DNA of 61,251 nucleotides, counting the filler, from Dimargaris cristalligena (lineage: Eukaryota): NCBI GenBank assembly GCA_003614675.1. It is 2 parts of 2 records of this genome, joined end to end, with 100 filler letters (N's around TTAATTAATTAA, not from the genome) between each part and the next. Parts side by side here need not be neighbours in the genome. Positions count along the whole stretch, not along the records: positions 30,677 to 61,251 come from ML002455.1; 1 more part is not named here. The stretch is one strand, 5' to 3'. Below the pieces are notes generated by a model. It was not told the DNA's origin, made no database searches, and was given only the letters and a program-made list of their open reading frames with translations. Within the stretch, counting starts at the first letter, position 1. Each line of letters opens with the position of its first letter. Shown one piece after another: positions 36,912-50,608 of the stretch. The position numbers and the translations under genes were made by a program.

Positions 36912-38672
36912 GGTGGGCAAGTTGGTGTTTGAGTGCGAGGACGTTATAACTCTAACGAGGCCAAGTGAATAAAAGTCGGTTAGAGGTCGGGGAAATGCAG
37001 TAAAGAAGCTGTTAAATGCCGTTTGGACGTAGGAAACAAAAGAAGCGGAAGTTAAAAAAAGGGTGGCAGCTGGTTAAAGTGGAAGAAGCAGAAGCAGTGG
37101 GTTAGATAAAATCTCCCTGGCGAAGCGAATAAGGAACGACCGTTTGTTGGCTATGTGACAAGGGATATCCCCCACTTGATATGAAAATACACCCCCCCCA
37201 CCTATTCTAGTCTATCTAGCCTGGCCAAGGTTATACAGTAGTCACCACTACCACACCAGTCGGCAAATAGCGGCGGAGTATTAGGCCGTTGTTTACTTTA
37301 CCATCCGAACTGGACCAGCCAATTATTGAACGGGGAGCGGCGTCTGGCGCTTCAATAATAATGTAATAAAGGGGATGGATGGTCACTCCCTCCTCCCCTC
37401 TATAAAACTATGCACAGGTATATACATGTCCCAGGCGACATTGACAAGGAGGCAGGAGGAGAATATAGCACAATATAGTAGGAAATTAGCAGCCACCCGT
37501 TTTAATCAGGCCTCGATTCCGATTCCTTTACGTAGGGAAGAGACAGTAAGGACATACACCTCTCAAAACCAGAGATTAATTCACCCAATTTTAAAGCCAG
37601 CAATAGAGTTGCCTCCCGCTTCAATACTACAATTACAGCAATTCCATTCCCGACTATTCGGCCTTAATTAACAGCGCTGTATTAGGCGACCCCGGCCTAA
37701 CCTGGCTGGGTATAGAACTCATCCGAAATGGGTCGAAGCAACCACGGATCACATCTCAGCAGTCGGATACAACCAGGGCGCTGGCCAGAGAAGCAGTGCA
37801 ATAGATCTTGTTATAAAAGAGACTCAGCAACCACTACCCAAAATATACCGAAGCACCCAACAGTGCTATAACCAAGATGTCTCTGTTAAATACATCAATG
37901 ACAATCCCTTAACGGGCATTCTCCCTGGCCGTAAAGGGAATCGCACAGTTTGCCACATTTCCATCCTTTCGGCTGCAATCTATATGCCATTATTATCACA
38001 AGTGTTCGAGTTATTCTTACAACATTTGTTGGATATAAATTTTAACCTTCTCGTCAAAACCCTACATCTCTCCAGCTAGGCCCTTCCACACACACACACC
38101 AATACCCACACGCACTCGTGACGAACAAAATTGTGCCAAAATCCAATATATAAATCCACTTTTCTGGTTGGAAGAAAAAAAGAAAATAAAACGCGATCTC
38201 AGACACAAAAACCCCACAGAGCGCGAAATACATGTGTAGAAAACAGCTGTACCACTAAATATGTATTATTGTAGAGATGTAAACGAAAAAAAGCAGGAGT
38301 GTCGGAGAAGGAGTGCGTGTGTGGATAATATAAGAAAAAGAGAACGAGGGGGTGTGTGAGGAGGGGAAAAGAAGGAGAGATTCAGATGTTGAAAGGAAGA
38401 GATAGGGGAATTTGTAGTTGATGGTAGAGTTTATGAGGAACAATTCAATGCGAATTAAGATAGAAAACCAGACTAAAGGGAAAGTAAGAGAGGGAGAGAT
38501 ACCTCTTCCATCGAACCACAAAGCGAAGGGAGTGAAACACACTCGCAACATAACCGACAACCACGAAGAGTGCCAAGAGCACCACAAGGGAAGAGAGAGA
38601 GGGAGGCAGTAGAAACCATTAAATTAACAATGAATTTCAAACTCAAATAACCCATTCATAGAAATGAGGTAT

Positions 38673-39638
38673 TTAGTTTCCGCCCAGAGTGGGGAAAGCC
38701 CGCTCGTCCTGCACGTTGACGGAACCATTGGCGGGCTTGCCACTGGTACGGGCAGCCCCGCGACCACGGCCGGCGCTGTTGCTGGCACCCCGCTCTTCGC
38801 GGAGACCACCACGGCGGGCGGGGGCGGTGAAACGCTGCTCAATGTTGATCTGGGTCTTGACCTTGCGCTCCTTGATCTTGCGGTTCTTGTTGGCCGATTC
38901 GGCGGAGTAGAACTCCTCCTCGACGCTCTCCAGGACCACGGCGTCCTTCCACTGCTTGTTATCCACGCCTTCGTTAGCCTTGCGGACGGCGGTGCGGTTA
39001 GCCAGGGCGGCGCTCTTGGTGCGCTGCTCCTTCTGGTAATCTTCCAGGGTCTTGATGATCTCCTCGGGCTCAGCGGGGACGAAGGGAGTGGTGGGGGCGG
39101 CAGCCTCAGCGGCTTCACCCTCGGCCTTGGGCTCGGCGGCACCCTCAGCGGTGGCGGCATCAGTGGCTTCAGCAGAGGCTTCAGCGGTACCGGCGGCGGC
39201 TTCGGTGGTTTCCTGAGGGGCGGAACCCTCGGTAGCCTTACCCCAACCCTGGTTGGTCTTCTTCACGCTATCACGGACACCGGTACGGCTGTGACGGTCC
39301 ATGGTGTTGGCACCGCCACGACCCCCACGGCCACCACGGCCGCCGCGAGCTCCCCGGGCAGCATTACGGCCACCGCGGGAAGAGCGCTCAGGCAGGTCGG
39401 CGTTGCGCTCACCACCGGGGCGGGAGATCAAGTCCTGGGGGTTGATCATGCGGATACCACCACGGGTGTTACCGCTCTTGTCGGCGGCACCGGAAGCGGT
39501 GGCAGCGGTCTTTTTGTTGCCAGCGGTAGGCTTCTTAGCCCCGGCGGCCTGGGCCTTCTTGGAAGTGGCGCCCTTAACCGACAGATCCCCCATATCGTCG
39601 GCCAAAAGGTCGAAAGGGTTACGAGAAGCCACGCTCAT
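38673..39638 (-). CDS. STM1: Stm1/SERBP1 (HABP4_PAI-RBP1) ribosome- and RNA-binding protein; 5'UTR intron 40434-39665
   Basis: MSVASRNPFDLL start, RGG boxes, DRHSRTG..KK..GWG, KTLEDY, RKANEG and C-terminal FPTLG. Confidence 0.9.
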   Translation of the reverse strand: MSVASRNPFDLLADDMGDLSVKGATSKKAQAAGAKKPTAGNKKTAATASGAADKSGNTRGGIRMINPQDLISRPGGERNADLPERSSRGGRNAARGARGGRGGRGGRGGANTMDRHSRTGVRDSVKKTNQGWGKATEGSAPQETTEAAAGTAEASAEATDAATAEGAAEPKAEGEAAEAAAPTTPFVPAEPEEIIKTLEDYQKEQRTKSAALANRTAVRKANEGVDNKQWKDAVVLESVEEEFYSAESANKNRKIKERKVKTQINIEQRFTAPARRGGLREERGASNSAGRGRGAARTSGKPANGSVNVQDERAFPTLGGN

Positions 39639-39825
39639 GGTAGAAATACGCAATGTCACGGGCTCTGGGGTGGGGTGAAATGATTGCAAGGAGTAATACG
39701 ATTCACCAGGATAAGGGAGAGAGGGGGGGAAAATTAATTCAAATAATATAAATTAGAGGTTAGTTAAAAGAGGTCGAGATGAGTCGGCTGTTAGCCAGCA
39801 GTGGGGAGGGTTAAAGATGTATATC

Positions 39826-40220
39826 GCCCATCAGCACACGAGGGGGGCCGTCTAGAAGAAGCCGGCACTCTGAAGGATGAGTGGGGGGACATGCTACATT
39901 GGTGGCATTTCCGACTATATTTCTGAGGTAGAGATCATCAGATTTGAGGGCTGCATTGGGCCTAATCCGTGCTAAACTAGTGCTTCATTGCAGCCATTCT
40001 AGCCGATGGTCCCGCTTGGCCGATTGGGAGAGACATAGTGAGATCACACCCCACTGTAGTATTCCCCACCCGTCTATCCCATCCTATAGTTGGCCGGACC
40101 CCGTCCGAACATTGATAGCAACCACTCTGTATATAGGGGTATACGATCGACATCCATCTGACCGGAGTTTCACTATGAGCTATGCTTCGGAAGTTTGGAA
40201 GGCGTATTAGGTTCATCTCA
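39826..40220 (-). ncRNA. Structured ~400-nt element in the STM1 5'UTR intron (atypical C/D RNA or cis-regulatory structure)
   Basis: Nested helices with minus-strand G-U pairs. TGATGA at 39940-39935 and CTGA at 39834-39831, about 65 nt before the branch point. Confidence 0.45.
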
Positions 40221-41016
40221 CACACTGTCCCTCATCTACTGGAATAGGCTTAATGTAAGCCACCGGAGACATCGATGGATGGATGGTCGTGTTGGGAGGG
40301 AGAGGGGTTGGACGAACGGGTGGACGGATGGATGGTCTTTGACCCCGACGAGTGGATGGACGGGCGTGTGGTATCAAAGACTCGACGAGTGGATGGGTGG
40401 GTGTGGTGGGGGGAGGCTCGATGCGTCGACATACCGTAAAAGAGTTACAGCGGGTGATAACTGTTTGTCTGGATGACGGGGATTGCAAAGTACAGCAAAG
40501 AGAAAAGGTCGTTTTCCATGGGGAACTGGGCCTGGCTGGTTTATAGAGGGGGATGACCAATAAACCCTCTCTCAATCATACACACCACACATTAACTGCC
40601 ACCACTCTATTTTCCGCATAGTACAGTATAGTATAGTGTAGTATATTATAGAATGGTATGTATGTATTATGTGTATACTTTATTATACTGGGCGGTGTAT
40701 GAGTGGGGGTGAACTTCCCTCTCCTAGGCCCGCCACTATTCCCACCCAAGGCATATCCCGCACAAATGGGGGATTCTCGCCAGCGGGTTTCCTGGGTGGG
40801 CTGGGAAATTCCTAAAGAATGGGTGATGATGATGGGAGGACGGGGGAGGGGGAGGAAGAGGGAGAGGGAGAGGGGGTCTCTAAAAATGGCCGGGGGGGCT
40901 GGCCAACATTATTGCAGGTTTAATAGAGAGAGGACAAGTATATATTATAGCCATAACCACGTGACATTCACTATGGGATGTATACTGTACCATTTGCCCT
41001 TGTTTCCCACACGCGC

Positions 41017-41047
<31 letters not shown>

Positions 41048-42883
41048 ATTATTACATACACTCAACACTCCCCTTTCCTTATGATACATCTCTACCGTTA
41101 CTGCACCTTCTCATTCAGCATCAACTCCAAACCGCCTAGTTCTTCACAATTGGTGTGAACTATGCATGTAAGAAACCAGCGACATTATCCTCCTCCCTCA
41201 ATTCACGCATTTTAGTAAGTTATTCTTTACTATTATTTTGAAACACCTTTTTTTCCTCCCAGTGCAGCCACATCTAACTCTCGTGTCCAGAAATAGTAAC
41301 CCATCTATATGGACAAGATGTTTCAACCTACGTATAGGAACATCACTACTATCCGACTTTATATAGCACACACTAGTGACGGTGGATTTTATGGCTGGGA
41401 AACACCAGGACTTCCACCAAACTCCTTAGTTGAGGGGCAGAGTAGACCACCCCCTCCCCCCGCCCGCCAAGATGAGCTGCCAATAAAATAAGACCTATCC
41501 AGCCGTATTTGCCTGTTAGTGAACCATAAATACCCGACATGGTCTCCAATACACTCAATCTAGCCTGGTTTGGAATAGCCACCATTGCCTTCCGGGGGCT
41601 TCACCATATAAAATCATCCTTCCACACCCAATGGGCCTTGCTCACTAACACTGGCTCCGGCTCAGACTTCCCTCATACCCCCCCCTGGTCATATAAAAGT
41701 ATAGAGGAGTGGGGGGGGATCGTTGATCCTCCAAGTCATACGGCTCATGACAATCCGAGAATTAAGCCTACAAATTCCCACCCCACCTCTAATACCACTA
41801 GTTTAAGGAGTTTTGCGGGCCAACACACAGTGAGTGGGGCTAGCGATTGGCCCAGCCTAAATGAATAGGGAAAAAGGACTCGTATAGGGATAGAAAATAC
41901 CACCGCCAAGTCACCTTCCAATACCATCATTATATACCTACCTACCTCATAGCTGAGTGGATTAAAAAGAAGCTGTTTCATACAGTTGATCCAATGCCCA
42001 CCTTCCATAATGGCTGTAATCAGTCGCACTGGAGCGGCACATCAAAATTCAGGTACCAGAATGACTTCATCTTTAAATTACTGGCTGGGGTTGCAAAACG
42101 CTCGGATTTATTATCGCTTAAACACTTTGGTAATCAATGGGTGTAAGTGGGGGTAAGGTTGTTCTTGGTCCGTCGTTACAGTCACAAGGGTAACTGGTCA
42201 AGGACGATGGTAGAATTAGAGGAGGGATGGAGAAGGGGTGTGTGGTTCCATAATGATGTAGCAAGAAGGTAGAACAATAATAAAACCGCGAATATAAGTA
42301 TCATAAAATAAAAATAAAGAGAGAGAGAGAGAGAGAGAGAGAAGGGGAGGCGCTTAATATAAAGAAGTTAGGTAAATAAGACAGTAGTCAGCCAACAATA
42401 AGTTCCGAAAAACGGGGACCGATTAGATGTGACAACCAGTGTCGAGATAGAAATAGATTGAACAATAAAAGAAAATGGACGTAAGTAGGCATTTGAGAAC
42501 ACATAGCTTAGCATAGACGACATGACTAAATAGCATAAAGAGCATCAATCGGGTGGGATGCTAAATGGTGAAAGGGAACCGACCCCCTGTAGCTTTGGAT
42601 GGATCGAGTGCGAAATCGAAGGTGGGCACTGGTGACCAAGCGAAGCCAGTAGGAAAAATGAGGGGCTGAGGCGTGCGGAAATAATGATAGGGCAATGAGA
42701 AGGATGCTCATTCAATGAAGGTGATGCGGGAAAGGGTGAAGCACTTGGTCTCTCAAGAAACCAGGTTAAACGGACAATGCATGGCCGATTGAATAATGCT
42801 AAATTTGCGAAGGAAAGCAAGGAGGGCGGAATGGTGCGATGTCGAACCTCCCCCCCCCCGCTCAACAGTCGACGCCATAACAA

Positions 42884-44189
42884 TTAATCAGTTGGTAGAG
42901 CCCGGTTATGAGAGTGCTTAATATCACCTAAATGAAGAGCTGACCGCACGGCAGGCAGGAATTCATCGGGCTTGTACCGTACATCGGGCATTTTCATAGC
43001 AGCCCCGCCGAAGTCATTGTCTTCTAGTCGAATGCCGTTGCGTTGGCGCTCGGCCCGCTTCTGGAGGTACCGGTGGGCCATTAGAATAATGATGCCCAGC
43101 AGGGCCAAGCCACCGACGACACCCCCAATGATGGCGCCGATACGGCCCATATTCGACGATTGGATAGGGGCCATGTCGGGAGACTCGTCAACGGAGGGCT
43201 CACTCTCGGTTGATTCCGTGGCGGTCGCTGTGGTAGAGGTGGAGTCGGTGGCGGTGGCTGAAGCACTGGTGGAGACCGGTGTTGGGGTGACGAAAACTTG
43301 GTGCAGGGTATCAAAGTCAACGCACTGGGTGTCCTGCCAGCGGCAGCCCACGTCGCCCAACTGGGCCGCTCCGTTACAGGTATTGGCATCGGGCAGTCCG
43401 CCACAGGGGGTAGGGCAGGTGAGACCAGCAACAGTACACCGAAGGGACCCACATTCGATACAGCCAGCGGCGCACTGGCCGTCGACCGGCCGACCGCAAG
43501 TAAGGTCCTGGATACAGGTGTCGCTCTCCCAGCGGCAGCCGTGGCCATTGGCGCCGAAAGCGCAAGTGTCCACGCCACGCGCGTTACATTGGTCGGGACA
43601 TTGGTCGCCGGCTACACAGCCGTAGTAGTCGCAAGCGATAAACCCGGGGTCGCAGGTTTGCCGCGTGGCCAGGATGGCACCAGTTTGGTTATAGGCAGAT
43701 GGCCAAGCTGTGACTGCTGGACAGGAAGCGGGTGCGTTGGGGAGGATGGAATAGGGCAATAAGAAGTCGGCCAAGGTAAAGGAGTAGAGCACCAGAGAGT
43801 TAGACTAGAGTAGAGATGGCCACATTGAAAACAGTACATGTAAAACATGGAAAAGGTGATGAGAAGCAGTCAAAGTAGGCTGGATGCAGCATTGCTTATT
43901 CACATTCGCTGTCCCCCCCTAGGTCACTCCCTAAATTAGAACCAGCCACTGTACCATACAGTGGCCCCTTCCCCCTCCAGTTACTAATATTACGTTACCA
44001 ATTGGGTGAATAGGAGGGTGCCACTGCCACGAAGGTTCGCTATACCGCTATAACTTCCTATATGAATGGACTATATGACATTGCTGAGTGAACAGATGTG
44101 CGTCTTGGAAAAAACAAGGAAAAATCGAACTTACCTGACACTGAAAGCAGACAACAGCTAATGGCCAAAAATAGATAATATGGCTGCAT
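42884..44189 (-). CDS. Type I membrane protein: signal peptide, Cys-rich repeated ectodomain, Ser/Thr stalk, one TM helix, short tail; exons 44189-44135, 44039-43999, 43804-42884
   Basis: Phase-consistent exons give MQPYYLFLAISCCLLSVSGANLRG... Repeated C..C...GCRW....C units and the TM segment IGAIIGGVVGGLALLGIIILMA followed by RYLQKR. Confidence 0.82.
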
Positions 44190-47100
44190 TATGGATATAT
44201 ATATATGTGTGTGAGTAATATATAGAATAAGGAGGGAAGGTCACTGCTTCAAAGCCGCACTATTCACTAGCCAGTAGGGAACGGCGGCGGGACGGGAAAG
44301 TCAAAGGTACAGATGACTAGTACGGGTCGGATTGACGAGTGATATATTGCTTCCGGGAGGGAGGGGGGTGAAGGCTGCAGATAGAGGGGGGCGGAGCCAG
44401 AATTCGAGTCGACAAAAAAGGGACCAATAAGGTACAGAGGATTCAGATGAAACTTCCTGGATGGGCCAAAGGACATAAACTACAAGGGAAGAGGGAGGAA
44501 GTGGCGGACCGTATCAAACTACGCCGGTTCGTGGGGATGGGGAATGTTCGTAAGTGAGTTTTTTTTTTTAAAAAAAAAAGGTAAGAGCGTGAGGAAGCGA
44601 GGAAGACAATTGGGGGAGGGTGAATTGCGGTTGAGTAGGAGAGATAGCACAAGACAAGGTAGGACACAGTGCCAAAGGAATGAGTGTGAGTGTTAGGGTA
44701 AAGTGGGGGTGGGGTTGGGTTAGGTACTTGAAGCGGTTGAGAAATAGGGAAAAGTAGGGAAGCGCTAAACACTAACTCACTCACTCCTACATAGGCTCGA
44801 GGTAGGGGAAGGGAAGAGGGGGAAAGATAACGAACAGGTTGGTAAAAGGGATAAGGAGGGAAAGGGTGGCAATAAATAGGCACCCAGGAGGCTCACGAAG
44901 GATATATGGGAGCAGGTCGCTTATCAAAAACGAACCATATATAAGTGTAATAGAACACCAGGTGGGATGGCCCGGGTACTTGAAGCAAGGGCTATGACAA
45001 ATGGGTTGAAAGAAAGAGAGAGAGAAAGCAAGTTTGGAAAGGCGAACAATAGAACGAGGGTATCAAATAGGAGAGGAGATAGGGGGTATGCCAGTTGTGA
45101 GAAGAGGTATTGGCAGTGAAGAAACTGGAAGAACCAAGGGAGGAGGAAATAATAGAGACTGGCAAACAGTGGAAGGGAAGGGGGGAGAGAGAGATACACG
45201 TAAAGGAGGAAGGGGAGTCAATCGAGTGGGTACACAAACGATAAAAATAGGCAAGCCAGAAGTTCGGAAATAGACCCCAAGACTACAGTTATGAACCTGC
45301 TTAGCGCTCTGGCGGGGAAAAGACAGTCGACAGCTGTATCAAGAATGCGGGGTGATGGGGAGGGGAGAATTAATCTATTATAAATTATCGGGTATGAATA
45401 GGAAATATCGGTACTATTGAAGATACGACGGACCCAGCAAAAGCACGGCACCGGTACGTCCGGGAAAGTATTATTTGTTTAGGAGGGGAGAGATAGTTCA
45501 AGGGAAATGGTGGGCTTAAATCGAGCCTATGGATAGCGAAGAGGGTGGCACCAAGGTAGGATAATGTCAAGGCGTGGTGGTGACGAGCGAGAGACAAAGG
45601 AGCAGAAGGAAGGTATTAATAAAGGAGAAGCAGAGGGCGTGAAAGAGGTGGATATATATATAGGAATAGTATGCGGAGAGAAAGGGCGGCGTCAAGGAAT
45701 AAAAGTAGCCCTAGGGGGCTAATATATATATATATATATATACCAAACGAAAGAAAGCACATGCAGGGCACATCTTTGGCGCATACAACGAATACAGCGT
45801 TACCCACGCGGTGAGAGCAGGCAGCTTAATGTAATGCTTCGATTGTATGCATTTCTATCCCCCCCGCCCCTTGTTTCTCATTCAGCCTGGGGGAGAAATA
45901 GAGAGAGAGAGGCAGCAGTGCGGGTGGCGATATATTCTATATGCGCACAGAATGACCGACGAAGTATACGGCTCTATATGCGCATATAGAGCTAACTAAC
46001 TCTAATGATGGCTAGCCAATGTTTTAAGTGGGAGGAGGATTAACCCTTCTCCACTGTTATAATTGCTGGGATGAATTTGGGTGTATATTAGAATTGAGGG
46101 GCAGTGTCAATCATGTCGACGACATTCCCCATGGCCAGTCATGGCGCACCCGTTCCACCGAATGACGGGGGGAGAGCGGCTACCCAAAAAACGAACGAAG
46201 AAAGCGAACCAGACAGGGCGATACCCGAACGCGAAGAGGCTCTTGCTTGCTTGGATAGTACTCCACCCCCAACTCCCCCACCCCTCTCCCTCCTCACTAT
46301 TCTCTCTCTCCCTTCTTTCTACCCTATTCATTCGTTTCAAGCGTCCAACGGGGATAGACAGGCAATATACTCACCTCCCTCCTTCTCCTTCACCAAGAGT
46401 AGTACTTGGGGCTTGTATTCAAGTGGCACAGACCCTGTGTGTTGTCCGCAAAGAGGTCGTGCTCACCGGTCAATCGACTCTCTCATCCCTACCCTATTTT
46501 CGACCTTCGGCAAGCCATCGGGCCCGAAGGCGCTGCCCCCATGTAACGTAGGCGTGAATGAGACGATATAGCCGCACCCTGTTTATATATTTAGGGCCCA
46601 GATGTATTGCTTTGGGTGCCATTGTTATTAATCCTACTTCCTTCCCCTCTTCTAACTTAGTCTGATACTGGAAAGAGGGGGAGGCAACTCGGTCCGACGC
46701 GATAGGCACCCTTCATGTGTGGGTTGGTGTTTGAATGGCGGATCGAAACCCGGCCAAGCGAGGAGGTGACCGCCCTAGCCCATGAGCAATCCTTGGGACC
46801 TACCAGTACCAGTGCCAGTGCCACCACTGCTACTTCCTTTAATAGTCACCCCTCCCTTTTCATCTGACCGCCCTCTAATAGTGCAGTGGGTCAGGGGTGG
46901 ACTGGCCTTGTGTGTCACTGTTAGATAGTATTTTTTTGGGGGTGAACTATGCAGGCCCGGCCATCTAGTTGATGGTCTCAGCAAGGGGAAGTAAGGGGTA
47001 GAGGCATATAAAATCGTGAGTGGAAATAGGGGAAAAGGGAACCACCACCGCCGGTCTAGCCCTAAACCAAGATTAGAAATCGGTCGCTCCAATGCACCAA

Positions 47101-50100
47101 ATGGCAATGTACACAGATTCCACTGGTAGGTCGAAAGCTGAACTGAACACTACAGCTAGCAGCCCAGCTGGCATTTGGTGTTGCTTTGTACTCTTGTTTA
47201 TCAGATACCTCGGACGGGCTAGTATGGTTTGGTACGACCGGGCTACCCTCGAAGGCAAAGGACGTTGTTAAATGATTTATAAAGTCTTTGGAGATCATCC
47301 TTTTTTTAAAAAAAATATGCCGCGCAGTGCGGTCCATATCCAAGGCCCAACAGGTCCAAACCATGGTTAATCCCAAGGCCGCACTTATGGAGTCGTCTCT
47401 TCGTTCATTTGTTCGCAGGGGCAATCCGTTTGGTTTGAATTTGTTTAATTCCATTGGTGGTTCAGTCGACATTAAGCAATTTCGGGCCCCTTCCCCCCTC
47501 CCCTCCTCCTCCTTCTCCTTCTTCACCTTCTCTCCACAAGAAGGTAATGTGGCAAAACGTACACTCGTAGGGGTGCCAGCGGTCCATCTCCCCAGGTCCC
47601 CACCACTTCACCGGCTGAAATTCCCTAATGGGGGAGAGGGGTTCACGGATCTATTTGGCTATTCTAGGCCATTATTAGTTCTTAGATTTAAATGGTTCAA
47701 TGGTCCCAATTTCTCGGTGCATTTGCCACTTGGGGTTCACAGTGAAGGGAATAAGCTAAAATAAACACACACATACACACAGTAGTATTCACCTTAGTGA
47801 CTAGGTAGATTGTCCGTTAGTTCGGAGGGGGCCAGAGCCCAACATCAACGAAGACTTACGGTACTGGAGTATGTGGGTTCTATTAAAAGCTCTCTCCTTT
47901 CCCCTCCCCCCCTTGAGGCCTGGGTTGTTTAACAATGGCTCTTGGTTCATTGAAATCAAAACACTAGCATTGCCACCACCACTATTACTGGCTTGGGTCC
48001 AATTCCTCGACCATCTTATATATAGCTTATGCCTCTTGTCTGTATATGGACAAGTTTCCACATAGCTCAGACGGGGGACGTGCAGTTTGTTTGGCCAGGA
48101 CCTTCGATTCGCTCCCACTACTCCACTGAATTATTCTTTACCATGAATGGAGCAATCCCTCCTCTCCGACCCCTCTCTTCTTCCCCGCTGTACATGGGGC
48201 CCTGTAGCCCTCTTTATCGGGGGAATTGGCCTCGGCCCGAGTACTAATAAAGGCATGCATATTTTTCGATTGCCAGTTACTCCCACCCAAAACTACACTA
48301 TAGATCCAACCACCGCTTACCTAGACAGGATCCCACTAGGCCGGTCAGTAGTTTTAATTGGCAAGGCATTGCTGGAGAGGATAATCGTGCTTTTCCACCA
48401 CCCCGTTCTCTCTATTCGCTAGTCTCTAGCGGGTTGAATTATAGCCTATTTATTCTTGGCATTATGGGGTTGATTGGTCACACTATATAACGTTACCAAT
48501 GGTTGGCCGTTTGAGAAAAGCTCCTCTCCTCTAGGAGGGGGGGAGGCACCCAAGAAACCAGGGAAGTTAGTTAGGGTTTACAGGTCGGTTGAGTAGTGCA
48601 GGCGAATCCGGGGCGTGGTTCTCTAGGCCCATCCCGAACGTTAAAATGGGTAGGCGAAACGGATAAAGAAAAGGAAGGGAGGGGAGGGGGCCATCCATAT
48701 GTGATCTACATTTTTAATCGTCGTGCTGCTCATTTTAATGGCCGGTGATTATCACTCTACTATGAACGGCAAAGATAATGTTAATGTTTTTAATCCGCTT
48801 ATTGCAAGGGTTTATTCACTCACTCGGCTTCTTCATGCCTTCCCCCCACCCTTCTCCACTACACTTCCGGTTTAACCAAGTGCAATAAGCATGGTTGTTG
48901 AGTGACAGGTGACGTCAAGATCAATACACCTTCCTATATAAGACAGCCGGGCACAGAAAAGACATCATGTGGTTGGGCATTTCCGGGCTATTTTTTATCC
49001 ATTGAAAAAATATAGCATGTTAATTGAGTGGGTGGTGGAGCTTAGCGGAGAGACAGGCAGAGGGAGAGAGAGTGTGTGTGTGTGTATGTACAAGTTGAAT
49101 CCCTTGGCCAGTGGGGAGTGACGTATTCTAGGGGAACAATAGTCAAACGACTGTGCAGAGGTAGTACATGTTGGCAAGATATACACATGGCCTAACCAAC
49201 CCGAACAACGGATTGGCATTGCATCGCAACATACGAATTATCCACAACATTGAACTGGCTTAATTCAATGGTCAGGGAATATACCCCTCCTACACCACTC
49301 CAATGGAACTGGCCTTCCGAAGCGATCGATGAAATCTTCCATATCGGGTAATGGAGTTGGGAGGGGGGCAGAGATATATATGTGGGGACGAACATGTAGT
49401 GGTAGTAGTAGCAGTAGTAGTAGACCCCCATTGGAGTTTAGTTCCATCTAGACATCACGGCCTTTGTTGGCCGACAATCGCACCTGGAAATCGGGCATCT
49501 CAATAGGCCTAATAAAACCCTAATAGGCGGTAATCATGCTGTTCGTCCATCCCATCTCATCTAGGCTATAACTGGGGGCACCCTACTTTAATATTTTTCA
49601 GCGACCCTAAACCCAATCTATATCGTATATATATATATACAAGTGTAAAAGTGAGATACGGTCGCATAGTTCTACCTAGAGGATCGTCCCATCGGATAAC
49701 GAATATGATTGATGCCAATGATGCACCTAACGAAATCTAGTTCAGCGGAAGGAAGATTAGTTCATTTTACCGATCCTTAATAAGATCTCTGGGCATTGGC
49801 GAACCAGTAAGTAGTAGGTTCGTTGGTGGCTCACCATATATTTAGACCGCCTTAAAAGGCCATCTCGCTAGCGAATGGACAATCCGGATACAGGAAAAAA
49901 TGGCGAGGCATATGGTCCGCATTGAATAGGTCAATTGGAATGATGCCCGGGAAAAATTCTGGTACATTTTTTTTTGTTATGAAAGGAATGTGTGTGCCTC
50001 GTTCATTAGGAATATTTATGGCATGCAAAAGAAGATGTTCGTTAAATGTCACTATTTTGCATTGTTGCATTGGGCAGGCTAGCCGGTGGAATTCCGGAAG

Positions 50101-50608
50101 TAATATCGACACTCCAAGCCTTCTTCGTCCCAGTCGGTTCTTACGGGGGTGTTATACACCATTGATTCGCCTATTTACAACTAGGCGGTGTATCGTTAGC
50201 GCTGAGTCCTGATTTCTAATAGCCACAAACCGGGCTTCTCGGATATATGTTTCCCATTCCCCGTTAATGTACTAGTAATGTAGTAACGTCAATTTTGTTT
50301 ATTGGCCTCGGTTAGATTAGGTGGACAGAAAAGGTTAGGAAGGAGGTGCTCAATAAATAGATGGCTCTATACAGCGACACGGGTGTATACATCGACTGTG
50401 ACGGCACATTTACACAACGGTGTCTCCACTGAGGATGTTCTATGCCGCACAGTAAACACGGAAGGAATATTATATCCATGTCGGTTAATAAACCCGCCCC
50501 ATTTATCATCAATTAGAAGCACATCTAGAGAGTAGTACGTCATGCTTCTTCTCCTTCGTGTTTCCTTTTTTTAATATGTCTCTCTGTCTCTCTCTCAGGC
50601 TAGACCAT

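Noticed and set aside
38664-39683. 339-aa plus-strand ORF
   Set aside because: Antisense shadow of the codon-biased STM1 gene.
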